From assembly GCA_029940035.1 (NCBI GenBank), contig JAOZRT010000006.1:1-46012 (forward strand): 46,012 bases of DNA, read 5' to 3'. A program made the position numbers and the translations under genes. This DNA comes from Desulfobacterales bacterium (GTDB lineage: Bacteria > Desulfobacterota > Desulfobacteria > Desulfobacterales > B30-G6). The notes beneath the pieces are model-generated. The model did no database searches, had not been told where the DNA came from, and saw only the letters and a program-made list of their open reading frames with translations. Shown here in pieces: positions 37,319 to 46,012 of this stretch (positions are counted from its first letter, which is position 1; the number at the start of each line of letters is the position of its first letter).

Positions 37319-37593
37319 GCTTAAGTTTATTTAAAAGTGCTTATAAAGAGTGGAAAAAACTCGACCCATACGTCCGGAAACACTTTAAAACGCGCTTAAA
37401 AAAACGAGTTCAAAATCCCCGCGTCGAATCGGCAAGGCTCAAATGTCACCCCAAACTCTACAAAATCAAACTCAGGTACGTAGGGTACAGACTGGCCTAC
37501 CTTGTGGAAGACGATAAAATCAGTGTATACGTAATTTGCGTCGGTCGTCGAGATAAAATTTACGAAATTTTACCCCGAAGATTGAATGAATAA
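37308..37593 (+). pseudogene. RelE/StbE-family toxin gene interrupted by a 1-nt frameshift
   Basis: The ATG at 37308 gives MIYKLKFI and then TAA at 37332. The +1 frame, open from 37312 to 37593 with no start codon, reads ...FKSAYKEWKKLDPYVRKHFKTRLKKRVQNPRVESARLKCHPKLYKIKLRYVGYRLAYLVEDDKISVYVICVGRRDKIYE. Deleting one T in the run at 37330-37332 restores MIYKLKFIKSAYKEWKKLD. Confidence 0.78.
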
Positions 37594-37679
37594 ACAGTCC
37601 CGCAAACACATAGCATTTTCACCTTTTGTGAATACGGCGCCTCTTTCTTTGCAGAAAGTGAAAAATGTAGCTATTAAAA

Positions 37680-38822
37680 TCAGAAGAGGGCGTTAACAAA
37701 CGCACCCGCATCAAATTCCTGCAAGTCATCAATACTCTCGCCCACCCCGATGTACTTGAGCGGAATATTGAGCGTGCTGCAGATGCCCACCACGATGCCG
37801 CCTTTGGCGGTTCCGTCCAGCTTGGTCAGTGCCAGCCCGGTGATGTCCAGGGCTTTGTTGAACAGGTGTGCCTGAGACAAGGCATTCTGCCCGGTGGTGG
37901 CATCCAGGACCAGGATGATTTCATGGGGGGCGCCGGGTATTTTTTTGGCGACCGTGCGCTTGATCTTTTTGATCTCCTCCATCAGGTTCACCTTGGTGTG
38001 GAGCCTCCCGGCCGTGTCGATATAAACAATATCGACATCTCTGGCCTGGGCCGCTTCGAGGCTGTCATATGCCACGGCCGCGGGGTCGGCATTGTCAGTG
38101 TGTTTTACGATGTCTGCTCCGGCCCGATCCGCCCAGATGGAGAGCTGTTCAACAGCGGCCGCCCTGAACGTGTCTGCGGCGGCAATTAACACTTTTTTTC
38201 CCTCGGATACCTGTCTTGCGGCTAGCTTTCCGATGGTGGTGGTTTTACCCACACCGTTGACGCCTACAACCATGACCACATGGGGTTTGTCGGTCAGGGC
38301 CTTGGTCGGGGACGGTACCTTGTCCATGGTCTTTAAAATTTCTTTTTTAAGGAAATCCTTGAGCTGGGCCGCGTCCTGGATAGTGGAAGATTTTTTTGAA
38401 ATGGTTTCGATGAGGTCCATGGCCGTGGAAACGCCGATATCCGAAGTAATTAAAAGCTCCTCGAGTTCTTCCAGAAGATCGTCATCCAGTTTACTTTTTC
38501 CCGCAAAAAGCTCGTCGATGTCGGTGGTCAGAATCTGCCGGGTTTTGGACAACCCGGTTTTGAGACGTCTGAAAAAGCCTTTTTTGTCCCCGGGTTTTCC
38601 TGCTAGTTTTTCGGGCTCCGCTTCATCGGTTGCCGGCGGTTCTCCTGCTTTTTCAGGCGCGCTGCTTTCGGGTTCTTCCGCTTTCGACGATTGTGCAGCT
38701 TCGATCGCTTCATCTTCCGTCTGCATGGCGGTTTCTTCCGGTGGTTCCTCTATTTCGGTCGTATCTTTTGGCAACCGGTCTCTATCTTCGGGTTTATTTT
38801 TCTTGAACCAGTTCAGGGCCAT
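37680..38822 (-). CDS. ftsY: Signal recognition particle receptor FtsY
   Basis: An acidic N-terminal region is followed by the NG domain: VVGVNGVGKTTTIGKLA, DTAGRL, TKLDGTAKGG. Confidence 0.95.
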   Translation of the reverse strand: MALNWFKKNKPEDRDRLPKDTTEIEEPPEETAMQTEDEAIEAAQSSKAEEPESSAPEKAGEPPATDEAEPEKLAGKPGDKKGFFRRLKTGLSKTRQILTTDIDELFAGKSKLDDDLLEELEELLITSDIGVSTAMDLIETISKKSSTIQDAAQLKDFLKKEILKTMDKVPSPTKALTDKPHVVMVVGVNGVGKTTTIGKLAARQVSEGKKVLIAAADTFRAAAVEQLSIWADRAGADIVKHTDNADPAAVAYDSLEAAQARDVDIVYIDTAGRLHTKVNLMEEIKKIKRTVAKKIPGAPHEIILVLDATTGQNALSQAHLFNKALDITGLALTKLDGTAKGGIVVGICSTLNIPLKYIGVGESIDDLQEFDAGAFVNALF

Positions 38823-38886
38823 TTTTACTCCAAAATCTTAATAATGTAATTCAGTTTATAAATAACATGCAGGTATCGGCGGGAAT

Positions 38887-39177
38887 TTATTGAAGCCGGT
38901 TGCGCGTCCAAGTAGGATTTTGACGGCAATCTAAAACAGCATAAACCAAAACAGTCTTTTCTTTGACCCGGTAGTATATTGCAAAGGGGAAATTTTTTGA
39001 CAATAGACGATGGTATCCAAAATGCAGGCTATGGATGCCGGCATATAAATGCAAAGATTCGATGTCTGAATAGATCGAATCAAGAAAGTAATTACCAAGT
39101 CCTTTTGTCTGATGGTTGTAGAAATGAAAACCGTTAACTAAATCGGTTTCGGCAGATTCAAGAACTTTAATTTTCAT
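38887..39177 (-). CDS. ParE/RelE-superfamily type II toxin
   Basis: 96 aa: a ParE-like plasmid-stabilisation fold pattern (AETDL...Y..., HRLLSKNFPFAIYYRVKEKTVLVYAVLDCRQNP). There is a 4-nt ATGA overlap with the upstream antitoxin. Confidence 0.82.
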   Translation of the reverse strand: MKIKVLESAETDLVNGFHFYNHQTKGLGNYFLDSIYSDIESLHLYAGIHSLHFGYHRLLSKNFPFAIYYRVKEKTVLVYAVLDCRQNPTWTRNRLQ

Positions 39178-39398
39178 GAAGTTCGATCTTTAATTCTGCT
39201 TTTTACAGATTCCAAAGAATGAAACTGTTCTTTTCCTTCCGATATGTGTTGTTCTCTTGTTTCTAAAACTTTTCGGTGCCATTCTGGAGAAGGTATTGAT
39301 TCCGGATTGGTACAAAGGTCGCTCCAGAGCTTCTCCATTATTGATAGCTTTTCAGCGATTGTCATTTTTTCAAGATTTAATTCGTTGTTCAAATCCAT
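39174..39398 (-). CDS. Putative addiction-module antitoxin (Unstab_antitox-like)
   Basis: 74 aa: MTIAEKLSIMEKLWSDLCTNPESIPSPEWHRKVLETREQHISEG matches the L-x-EKL-x-LW-x-L...P-x-W pattern of this antitoxin family as I recall it. Confidence 0.78.
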   Translation of the reverse strand: MDLNNELNLEKMTIAEKLSIMEKLWSDLCTNPESIPSPEWHRKVLETREQHISEGKEQFHSLESVKSRIKDRTS

Positions 39399-39614
39399 GA
39401 TGACTCGTTCCTATTCATTAGATTTGCAGCTATCATATCACAAGTTCATTAATAAGTCTCTATAGCATGAAATGTCATCGCAGACTTTAAGGCGTACAGT
39501 CAAGCATGAAAAAAGGAAAATTTAACTAAATCAACGGAAGGTGTGGCAATGTTCTACTGATGATAGATTTTCCGCTTCTTCAGGCGTTGCCGGCAATGTC
39601 ATATCACCGTTGAT

Positions 39615-42600
39615 TTAGGCGGCTTGCTGTTTGGCCAGGTTTACGGAGACGACTTTTGAAACCCCTTTTTCACCCATGGTGATCCCGAACAATGTGTCGG
39701 CAAATTCCATGGAGCGTTTGTTGTGGGTGATCATGATGATCTGGGATTTCTCGCCAATGACCTTCAAAAGGTCGTTGAAGCGGTACACATTGGCTTCGTC
39801 GAGGGGTGCGTCGATCTCGTCCATCAGGCAGAAGGAGGTCGGTTTTATTAAAAATATGGAGAAAATGAAGGCAATGGCCGACATGGCTTTCTCCCCGCCG
39901 GACAACAAGCTCATGCGGGTCAGCTTTTTACCGGGGGGTTGAATCATGTATTCCACACCGGTTTCCAACGGATTGTTCGGTTCCGTAAGGGTCAGTCTGG
40001 CGGCACCGCCTTCGAACAGGCGGGGGAACACTTCCTTGAGCTTTTCATTGACAGCATCGAAGGTCTTGGTAAACCGTTCCTGCGTAACCCGGTTGATTCT
40101 TTTAATGACCTGGTGCAGGTCGTCGATGGCCTTCATCAGGTCGTCACGTTGTTCCACCAGGAAGTCAAAACGGGTTTTGAGCTCGTCGAATTCATCGATG
40201 GCCCCCAGGTTGACATCTCCGATCCGGGCGATTTTATTGCGGAGTTTTTCCAGATTCGCTTCCATGGCCGCTGTGTCGAGCGGTGCCTCTTCCGGCGCAG
40301 CGGCAAACTGCAACCGCAATTGCCCGATTCCATAATGGTAGCGCTCCTTCAGCCGGCTGGTGATATTCTCCTGCTTCATTTCCTGCTGTGAGTGTTCGAG
40401 TTCGAGCAGACGGATCTTCTGGAGGGTTTCTTCCCGTTCAGTCTGGATGCCGGTAATCATGTCATCGTTCTTTTTCAGTTCTTCATCGATGACCCGGTAA
40501 TCGGATTCATTGCGTTCGAGTGTCCGCGTCAGTTCCTCGAGCTGCCGGTACAGGTCGGCAAGCTTCTGTTCCTGCTGGGCAATTTTATTCTTTGCTTCAG
40601 ACCTTTTATTGTTTTTTAGCGTGATGTCGCGGGATATTTGCTCCAGCCTGTCCAATCCGTCCTGCCAGAATACCTTCAGTCGCTTGAGTGTGTGGTTGCT
40701 GTTTTCAAGACGGGCGTCCAGTCCGGTCAGTTTGAGCTTGAGGTCCACCGTGGACTGGTTGAACACATCTGCCTCACGGGAAACCTGATCGATCCGGGCC
40801 GATGTTTCCGTAACCGCCGTCTGGGCCTCTGCGACGCGGTTCTCAATATCGGTGATAGCCTGGTTGTATTTGGACATCTCGGCTTCGATATCGCTCTCTT
40901 CCCCTCTCAGCTGCTCCTGTTCGAGTTTGAGAACTTCAAGGTGGCGCCGGGTGTGTTTGAGGTTTTCGGTGGCTTTGTACAGGTTCTTTTCCTGATCTAC
41001 TTCCCCCTGGGACAGGGTGTATTTATTTTCAAGCAGTTTCTGGAGCGCATCTTCGGATTTGCGAACATTGTCTTCCAGGGATCGCTGTTTCTCCCGTGCG
41101 GCAATCAGCTTTTTGGCCAGTTCCTTTTCTTGTTGACGGAGCTTTTTGATTTCCTGTTTTTTAGAGAGGATGCCGGACAGTTTTTCGCGGCTGCCGCCCA
41201 CGATAACACCCTGGTGAGAAATGACGTCACCGCCTTTGGTGACGATGGTCTGCATGCGGCCGTTGCGGTTGAACAGTTCAAGGGCTTCCGCCATGTCCGT
41301 GGTGACCACAACATGCCCGAGCAGGGCACGTGCAACCTTTTCAAAACCATCTTTGATCGTTACGTGTTTCAGGAGCAGTTTGGCGGGATCCGGGCCTTTT
41401 TGACTCCCGGCTTCCAGCTGCTTTATATCTGGAAGCGGGATGAATCCACTGCGTCCTTTGCCGGTGGTTTGCAGATAGTCGATGGCGTCCATGCCGGTGG
41501 TCTGCTGTTTGACGATGATGTATTGCAGCTGTTCACCCAGAACCGCTTCAACGGCAGCCTCGTAGCTGGGTTCGGGATCCAGAATGTCCGCCATCAGGCC
41601 GATGACATTGCCGGACAGCTTGTTCATCTGGCTGCCGATACCCGGCGTTTCACTGCTGGAAGGTTTTTCCGCCGAACCTGCTTTAGATGCCTGCATCACG
41701 GCCTTGACGCCGTCCCGGTACCAGGCATAGCTTTCTTCCATTTTTTTGAGAGCTGTGTACTGGGAGCTTATTTTACTCTGCTCCAGTTCGATTCCCTGGG
41801 CCAGTTTGACTTGCTCGGAAAAGGCACGGCTCTTTTCCGAAAGCCGGTTTTCAACGGACTGAATCTCCTTTTTGATGGCTGCAACCGATTCTTTAAGCTG
41901 GTTGAGACCGTTTTCGGTCATGGTGACTTCGGCCTGCTCTGCAGTCGCCTTCTTCTCTGTTGCGGCTGTTTCCTGGTCGGTTCGTTTTTGTCTCCGCAGC
42001 AGGCTTTCTTTGGTGCTGGTGGCATTTTGATAAATGTTTTTAAAGCGTGCTTCCTGGGCAATCAGGTCCATGAGGGCCGTTTTATGACTCTCGAGCTGTC
42101 GCTGCAGTTCCTCCAACCGATCCTTGAATTCCCAGGAGGCTTTCTTTTTTTCATCGATCCGGACCGTAACCGCCTTTTTTTCAAGATTCACGGTTGCGGT
42201 TTCATCTTTGACCTCGTCGATCTCAGACAGGATGCCCTTGTTTTTCTCTTCCAGGCCTGTTTTGGCCGATTCCAGCTCAATGATTTCCAGCGTCAGTCGC
42301 TCTATCTCCTGCTTCAGGTGCTGCAGATCGGTTTCCGTGCGGTCCAGGTTGCGCTGGGTTTCGAATTGTTTGGATTTTTGACCTGAAATCTCCTGATTTT
42401 TCTGCCAGCGGCGCATTTTAATTTCTTCCACAGCTGCATCGATTTTATTCAGCTGGGAGGTGTGCTGTATATCTTTATCCCGCTGGGCGGATAGCAGGGC
42501 AGTGGATTTTCGGAGTTTTTCGGCATAGTCGTCAAAATAGTGCAATCCGAGTCTGATGTCGAACCCCCGGGCCTGCGCTTTGTATTTTTTAAACCGTTCA

Positions 42601-43244
42601 GCTTTGCGTGCCTGGCGCTTGAGACCGGCCATCTGACGTTCGATCTCGAGAATAATATCGTTGACCCGCAAGAGGTTTTGATTGGTGGCGGCAACCTTGC
42701 GCAGGGCCTCCTTTTTGCGGTTTTTATACCGCGTCACACCGGCGGCTTCCTCAATGAAAAGGCGCCTTTCTTCAGGGCCGGCATCGGTGATGGCACCGAT
42801 GTTTCCCTGCTGGATGACGGCGTAGGTCTTGGCGCCCATGCCGCTTCCCATGAACACATTGTGAATGTCTTTCAACCGGCACGGCTGGCGGTTGATATAA
42901 TAGGCGCTCTCACCGGAGCGGTACAATCTGCGGGTTACATTGATTTCCGTGAAATCCTTGAGTTCTTCCGGTGCGGAGCCGTTGTCGTTCAAGAGGGTGA
43001 GCGACACCTCGGCCATGTTCAACGGCGCTTTGCCCCGGGTGCCCGAAAATATGACGTCTTCCATGGACTTTCCCCGGAGCTGCTTGACACTCTGCTCCCC
43101 CATCACCCAGCGCAGGGCATCCACGATGTTGCTTTTTCCGCATCCGTTGGGGCCCACAACCGCCGATATCCCGTTGGGAAATTCGATGGCGGCCTTTTCC
43201 GGAAAAGATTTGAACCCCGATATTTCCAGCTTTTTAAGCTTCAT
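39615..43244 (-). CDS. smc: Chromosome partition protein Smc
   Basis: 1209 aa: Walker A GPNGCGKSNIVDA, long coiled coils, hinge (GRSGFIPL...), signature LSGGEKAMSAIAF and Walker B FCLMDEIDAPLDE. Confidence 0.96.
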   Translation of the reverse strand: MKLKKLEISGFKSFPEKAAIEFPNGISAVVGPNGCGKSNIVDALRWVMGEQSVKQLRGKSMEDVIFSGTRGKAPLNMAEVSLTLLNDNGSAPEELKDFTEINVTRRLYRSGESAYYINRQPCRLKDIHNVFMGSGMGAKTYAVIQQGNIGAITDAGPEERRLFIEEAAGVTRYKNRKKEALRKVAATNQNLLRVNDIILEIERQMAGLKRQARKAERFKKYKAQARGFDIRLGLHYFDDYAEKLRKSTALLSAQRDKDIQHTSQLNKIDAAVEEIKMRRWQKNQEISGQKSKQFETQRNLDRTETDLQHLKQEIERLTLEIIELESAKTGLEEKNKGILSEIDEVKDETATVNLEKKAVTVRIDEKKKASWEFKDRLEELQRQLESHKTALMDLIAQEARFKNIYQNATSTKESLLRRQKRTDQETAATEKKATAEQAEVTMTENGLNQLKESVAAIKKEIQSVENRLSEKSRAFSEQVKLAQGIELEQSKISSQYTALKKMEESYAWYRDGVKAVMQASKAGSAEKPSSSETPGIGSQMNKLSGNVIGLMADILDPEPSYEAAVEAVLGEQLQYIIVKQQTTGMDAIDYLQTTGKGRSGFIPLPDIKQLEAGSQKGPDPAKLLLKHVTIKDGFEKVARALLGHVVVTTDMAEALELFNRNGRMQTIVTKGGDVISHQGVIVGGSREKLSGILSKKQEIKKLRQQEKELAKKLIAAREKQRSLEDNVRKSEDALQKLLENKYTLSQGEVDQEKNLYKATENLKHTRRHLEVLKLEQEQLRGEESDIEAEMSKYNQAITDIENRVAEAQTAVTETSARIDQVSREADVFNQSTVDLKLKLTGLDARLENSNHTLKRLKVFWQDGLDRLEQISRDITLKNNKRSEAKNKIAQQEQKLADLYRQLEELTRTLERNESDYRVIDEELKKNDDMITGIQTEREETLQKIRLLELEHSQQEMKQENITSRLKERYHYGIGQLRLQFAAAPEEAPLDTAAMEANLEKLRNKIARIGDVNLGAIDEFDELKTRFDFLVEQRDDLMKAIDDLHQVIKRINRVTQERFTKTFDAVNEKLKEVFPRLFEGGAARLTLTEPNNPLETGVEYMIQPPGKKLTRMSLLSGGEKAMSAIAFIFSIFLIKPTSFCLMDEIDAPLDEANVYRFNDLLKVIGEKSQIIMITHNKRSMEFADTLFGITMGEKGVSKVVSVNLAKQQAA

Positions 43245-43609
43245 GGAACCTGAGATCTCCTGTATTCATTCTGTTTTGCCAATACCTGGCTGGTAGCCCT
43301 GACAAGGGCGGTGAAAAAGGCTGAATGTGTAACCTTAATCACTTTAGGTTTAACCTTAAAAAATATAACAGGAATAATAGGCTTTGTAAAGAAAAAACAC
43401 AATGGAGAGTAGGGTTACAGCCTGCGGGCTACAAGATGTTGGAGGACTTCCAGCGGATGCCACTCGATCTTCGGTGGTAATTACGCCTGCGGCCGTTATT
43501 TGCGCTACGCGCGAAATTTTTTGTTGCAATGGGCGATAAGCTTCAAGCAACAATTAATTACAGCGAAGCGAATAACACGAAGTAAATTACCATTAATGAC
43601 AGCGAATCG

Positions 43610-44341
43610 TTACAATATCTGGCTGAGAAAAAGCTTGGTCCTTTCATGCTCCGGATTGGTGAAAAAGTGTTCAGGCGTGCCTACCTCGACCACGGCGCCC
43701 TCATCCATGAAGATGATCCGGTCCGCCACTTCCCGGGCAAATCCCATTTCATGGGTGACCACCACCATGGTCATGCCTTCTTTTGCCAGGGTTTTCATGA
43801 CGTCCAGCACCTCCCCGATCATTTCCGGGTCCAGTGCCGACGTGGGTTCATCAAACAGCATCACCTTGGGGTCTATGGCCAGGGCCCGGGCAATGGCCAC
43901 CCGCTGCTGCTGGCCGCCCGACAGGTTGTCTGGATAGGCCGCGGATTTATCGGCGATCCCGACCTTGTTGAGCAGGAAATTGGCCTTTTCCTTGGCATCT
44001 CCCTTGGATCTTTTACGGACCACTGTTTGAGCCAGGCTGACATTTTCAAAGACCGTCTTGTGGGGAAAAAGGTTGAAGGACTGGAAGACCATGCCCACTT
44101 CGGCCCGGACCTTGTTGATGTTGGTCTTGGGGTCGAGCACATCCACGCCATCGATGATGATGTGTCCGGAATCGGCCCTTTCCAGCCGGTTGAGGCATCT
44201 CAAGAAAGTGCTCTTTCCCGACCCGGAGGGGCCGCAGACCACCACCACTTCGCCGGCGGCCACCTTTTCGGTTATATCTACAAGGGCTTTGACCTCATGG
44301 GGGACGTGAAATGTTTTGAATATATGCTGGACATCAATCAC
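43610..44341 (-). CDS. Polar amino-acid ABC transporter ATP-binding protein
   Basis: [43 protein letters not shown]. There is a 4-nt overlap with the permease gene. Confidence 0.95.
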   Translation of the reverse strand: MIDVQHIFKTFHVPHEVKALVDITEKVAAGEVVVVCGPSGSGKSTFLRCLNRLERADSGHIIIDGVDVLDPKTNINKVRAEVGMVFQSFNLFPHKTVFENVSLAQTVVRKRSKGDAKEKANFLLNKVGIADKSAAYPDNLSGGQQQRVAIARALAIDPKVMLFDEPTSALDPEMIGEVLDVMKTLAKEGMTMVVVTHEMGFAREVADRIIFMDEGAVVEVGTPEHFFTNPEHERTKLFLSQIL

Positions 44342-45348
44342 TTTGTCGCCGACCTCCTCTCAAGGTGCTGAACAAACATGGAAAGAGTAAATGTCAATAC
44401 AAGGTAGAGCACTGCCACGACCAGGTAGATTTCAAACGGTTGCAGGCTGGCGGAGACCGCTTCCCGGGCCGCTTTTGTCAATTCACGAATGGCAATGATA
44501 CCGAGAAGAGATGAATCCTTGATCAGGCTGATGAACTGGCCCGCCAGAGGGGGCAGAATCCTGCGCAGAGCCTGAGGCAGGATAATGTGTAACATGCTCT
44601 GGCCGTAAGACATGCCCAGGGAACGCGCCGCTTCTGTCTGGCCGCGGTGGATGGATTGGATGCCGGCCCGGACAATCTCGGAGACATAGGCTCCGGCAAA
44701 ACAGGCCAGGGAGGCCACACCGTACCAGAAGGCGGATAACTGGCCCAATCCATAGGTGACCAAAAGGTCGTTGATCACCGTTCCCAGGACAAAATACCAT
44801 ATCAAAATCTGAACCATCAGGGGGGAGCCCCTGATAATTTCAACATAGACGATGCTGGTCCATTTCAGGGCCGGATTGGACGATATTCTTGCCAAGCCGC
44901 TGGCCACACCGATGATGACGCCAAAGATCGTGGCCATGACACTCAGTTGCAAGGTTAACCAGAGGCCGATCAGCAGGAGCCCGGCTTTCCACTGAGTGTG
45001 GAAGCCCAGTATATCCCCGATGGAAATGATCTCACCGTCCACCACATACAAGCCTTCCGTGGGGACCCGGTAGGACGCTGGTTGATCATTTCCCCCGACA
45101 ATGACGATGGTTTCGTCACCGTCCGGTTTCAAGGAAACCACCTCTCCTTCTATTTCCGACGGGATTTCGGTGGTGTCCTCATAGACAAAATAGAGGGGCA
45201 TGCGATTCCAGCGCCAGACATATTCTATTTTTTGGGTTGCGTAATAGAAAAGGCCGGAAACCACAATGACGAAAAGGACAAAAACGGCGACCCACATGTT
45301 GTAGCCCGGTGGTCTGAGGGCCTTTAGGTTTTGGGAGTTTTGATTCAT
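44338..45348 (-). CDS. Amino-acid ABC transporter permease (His/Glu/Gln/Arg/opine family) with an N-terminal extension
   Basis: The EAA-like loop [30 protein letters not shown] is present, with multiple TM segments. There is an extra ~115-aa N-terminal region consisting of one TM segment plus a soluble segment. Confidence 0.92.
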   Translation of the reverse strand: MNQNSQNLKALRPPGYNMWVAVFVLFVIVVSGLFYYATQKIEYVWRWNRMPLYFVYEDTTEIPSEIEGEVVSLKPDGDETIVIVGGNDQPASYRVPTEGLYVVDGEIISIGDILGFHTQWKAGLLLIGLWLTLQLSVMATIFGVIIGVASGLARISSNPALKWTSIVYVEIIRGSPLMVQILIWYFVLGTVINDLLVTYGLGQLSAFWYGVASLACFAGAYVSEIVRAGIQSIHRGQTEAARSLGMSYGQSMLHIILPQALRRILPPLAGQFISLIKDSSLLGIIAIRELTKAAREAVSASLQPFEIYLVVAVLYLVLTFTLSMFVQHLERRSATK

Positions 45349-45439
45349 GGTCTGATGTGTCCGTTTATACCGGTTGTCATCAATCTATGCCAATACATTA
45401 TAGATAGTTTATGGAAGGGATGGTTATGGTAAACAATAG

Positions 45440-45483
45440 AAAAGGCCGGCCGATCATATAGGTGGATCAGCCGGCCTTTTTTT
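45440..45483. terminator. Bidirectional intrinsic-terminator-like hairpin between the substrate-binding and permease genes
   Basis: aaaa-ggccggccgatc-atataggtg-gatcagccggcc-ttttttt. The stem is 12 bp with one mismatch, flanked by an A-run and a T-run. Confidence 0.7.
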
Positions 45484-45574
45484 AAATTCTCATGAATTGT
45501 GTCTATATTCAAGGATGTAAATCTAAACAGCTATTCATGATGCATGTTTTTTACAAGTACAATCGCATGAAAAT

Positions 45575-46012
45575 TTATTTGAGTTCTTTTTTCCAGTCCG
45601 AACCGATGATCCATTTATTGTAGACTTTTTCATAGAACCCATCGCCCTTGGACTGCCGCAGGAAGTTGTTCAGAAAGTTGAGGAAGTCGGGGTCGCCCTT
45701 GTTGATGGCCCAGGCCAGCGGTTCAAAGGTGAAAGGCTGGTTCAGGAAAACCGTCTTGCCCTTGCCCTGACTGCCGTACAGAAAACCGCAGAAGGGCAGG
45801 TCGTATACCAGTGCATCGGCCTTGCCGTTGATCACTTCCAATCCGGCCTCGGCTTCGCTTTCAAACCCTTTGTAAGTGGCTTTGGGGATGTACTTTTTGA
45901 TGGCCTGTTCGCCGGTGGTGCCCATTCTGGAGGTCAGGATGAACTTGGGATCGTTCAAGTCCTTGTAGGAAAGTACTTTGCCTTCGTGTTTCTTGTTGAG
46001 CAAGATGGATTG
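45575..46012 (-). CDS. Amino-acid ABC transporter substrate-binding protein; N-terminus off-window
   Basis: The C-terminal PBP type-2 region reads GKADALVYDLP...PLAWAINKGDPDFLNFLNNFL. The frame stays open to the window edge, and the ORF-track 'start' at 46003 is only an in-frame TTG. Confidence 0.88.
   Translation of the reverse strand, partial: QSILLNKKHEGKVLSYKDLNDPKFILTSRMGTTGEQAIKKYIPKATYKGFESEAEAGLEVINGKADALVYDLPFCGFLYGSQGKGKTVFLNQPFTFEPLAWAINKGDPDFLNFLNNFLRQSKGDGFYEKVYNKWIIGSDWKKELK

Noticed and set aside
37326-37336. Programmed +1 ribosomal frameshifting in the RelE-like gene
   Set aside because: The site (AUU UAA A) lacks a recognisable slippery re-pairing codon and an upstream SD-like stimulator of the prfB type. 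A simple 1-nt indel is the more economical explanation.
38092-38841. A 249-aa plus-strand ORF antisense to ftsY
   Set aside because: It is Ser-rich and low-complexity, and it overlaps a canonical FtsY on the other strand.
39631-43296. Long plus-strand ORFs antisense to smc (e.g. 40638-42386 at 582 aa, and 42540-43253)
   Set aside because: A coiled-coil gene with biased codon use leaves long open antisense frames. The products are low-complexity F/L/G/Q-rich, and the minus-strand SMC is complete with Walker A/B, signature and hinge.

Overview
This is a 46-kb chromosomal window of roughly 50% GC. Gene content and synteny look like a Desulfobacterota (sulfate-reducer-like deltaproteobacterium); that placement is inference only.

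From about 13.7 kb rightwards the window is mostly housekeeping: acnA, an IHF/HU protein, a hybrid sensor kinase, a Nudix hydrolase, a GNAT acetyltransferase, tRNA-Thr(CGU), mfd, a SurA-like pair, mgtE, recO, a GHMP kinase, glyQ and glyS. These are followed by a PC4-like small protein, a nucleoside phosphorylase, a divergent NAD-dependent DNA ligase, acyP, ftsY, smc and a polar amino-acid ABC transporter.

The left 13 kb is accessory and is the interesting part:
- A minus-strand envelope operon encodes an exported C14 caspase-like protease, an LPP20/DUF4384 protein, a small Gly-rich membrane protein and a giant repeat lipoprotein. The giant ORF is missing from the supplied ORF track because it runs off the window.
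- Two uncharacterised genes lie at 6225-7987.
- A translationally coupled FHA-FHA gene and a single-polypeptide TssB-TssC (VipA-VipB-like) sheath fusion are divergently paired with a PP2C phosphatase and a Hanks Ser/Thr kinase. I can see no other type VI secretion core gene in the window. This is my best candidate for an undescribed system.

Other points:
- Two type II toxin-antitoxin modules bracket ftsY, and one toxin is broken by a 1-nt frameshift.
- Many intergenic regions carry tracts of 7-9-nt tandem 'word' repeats, often as inverted arms. They resemble cyanobacterial STRR elements.
- I found no CRISPR array, transposase, integrase or rRNA.
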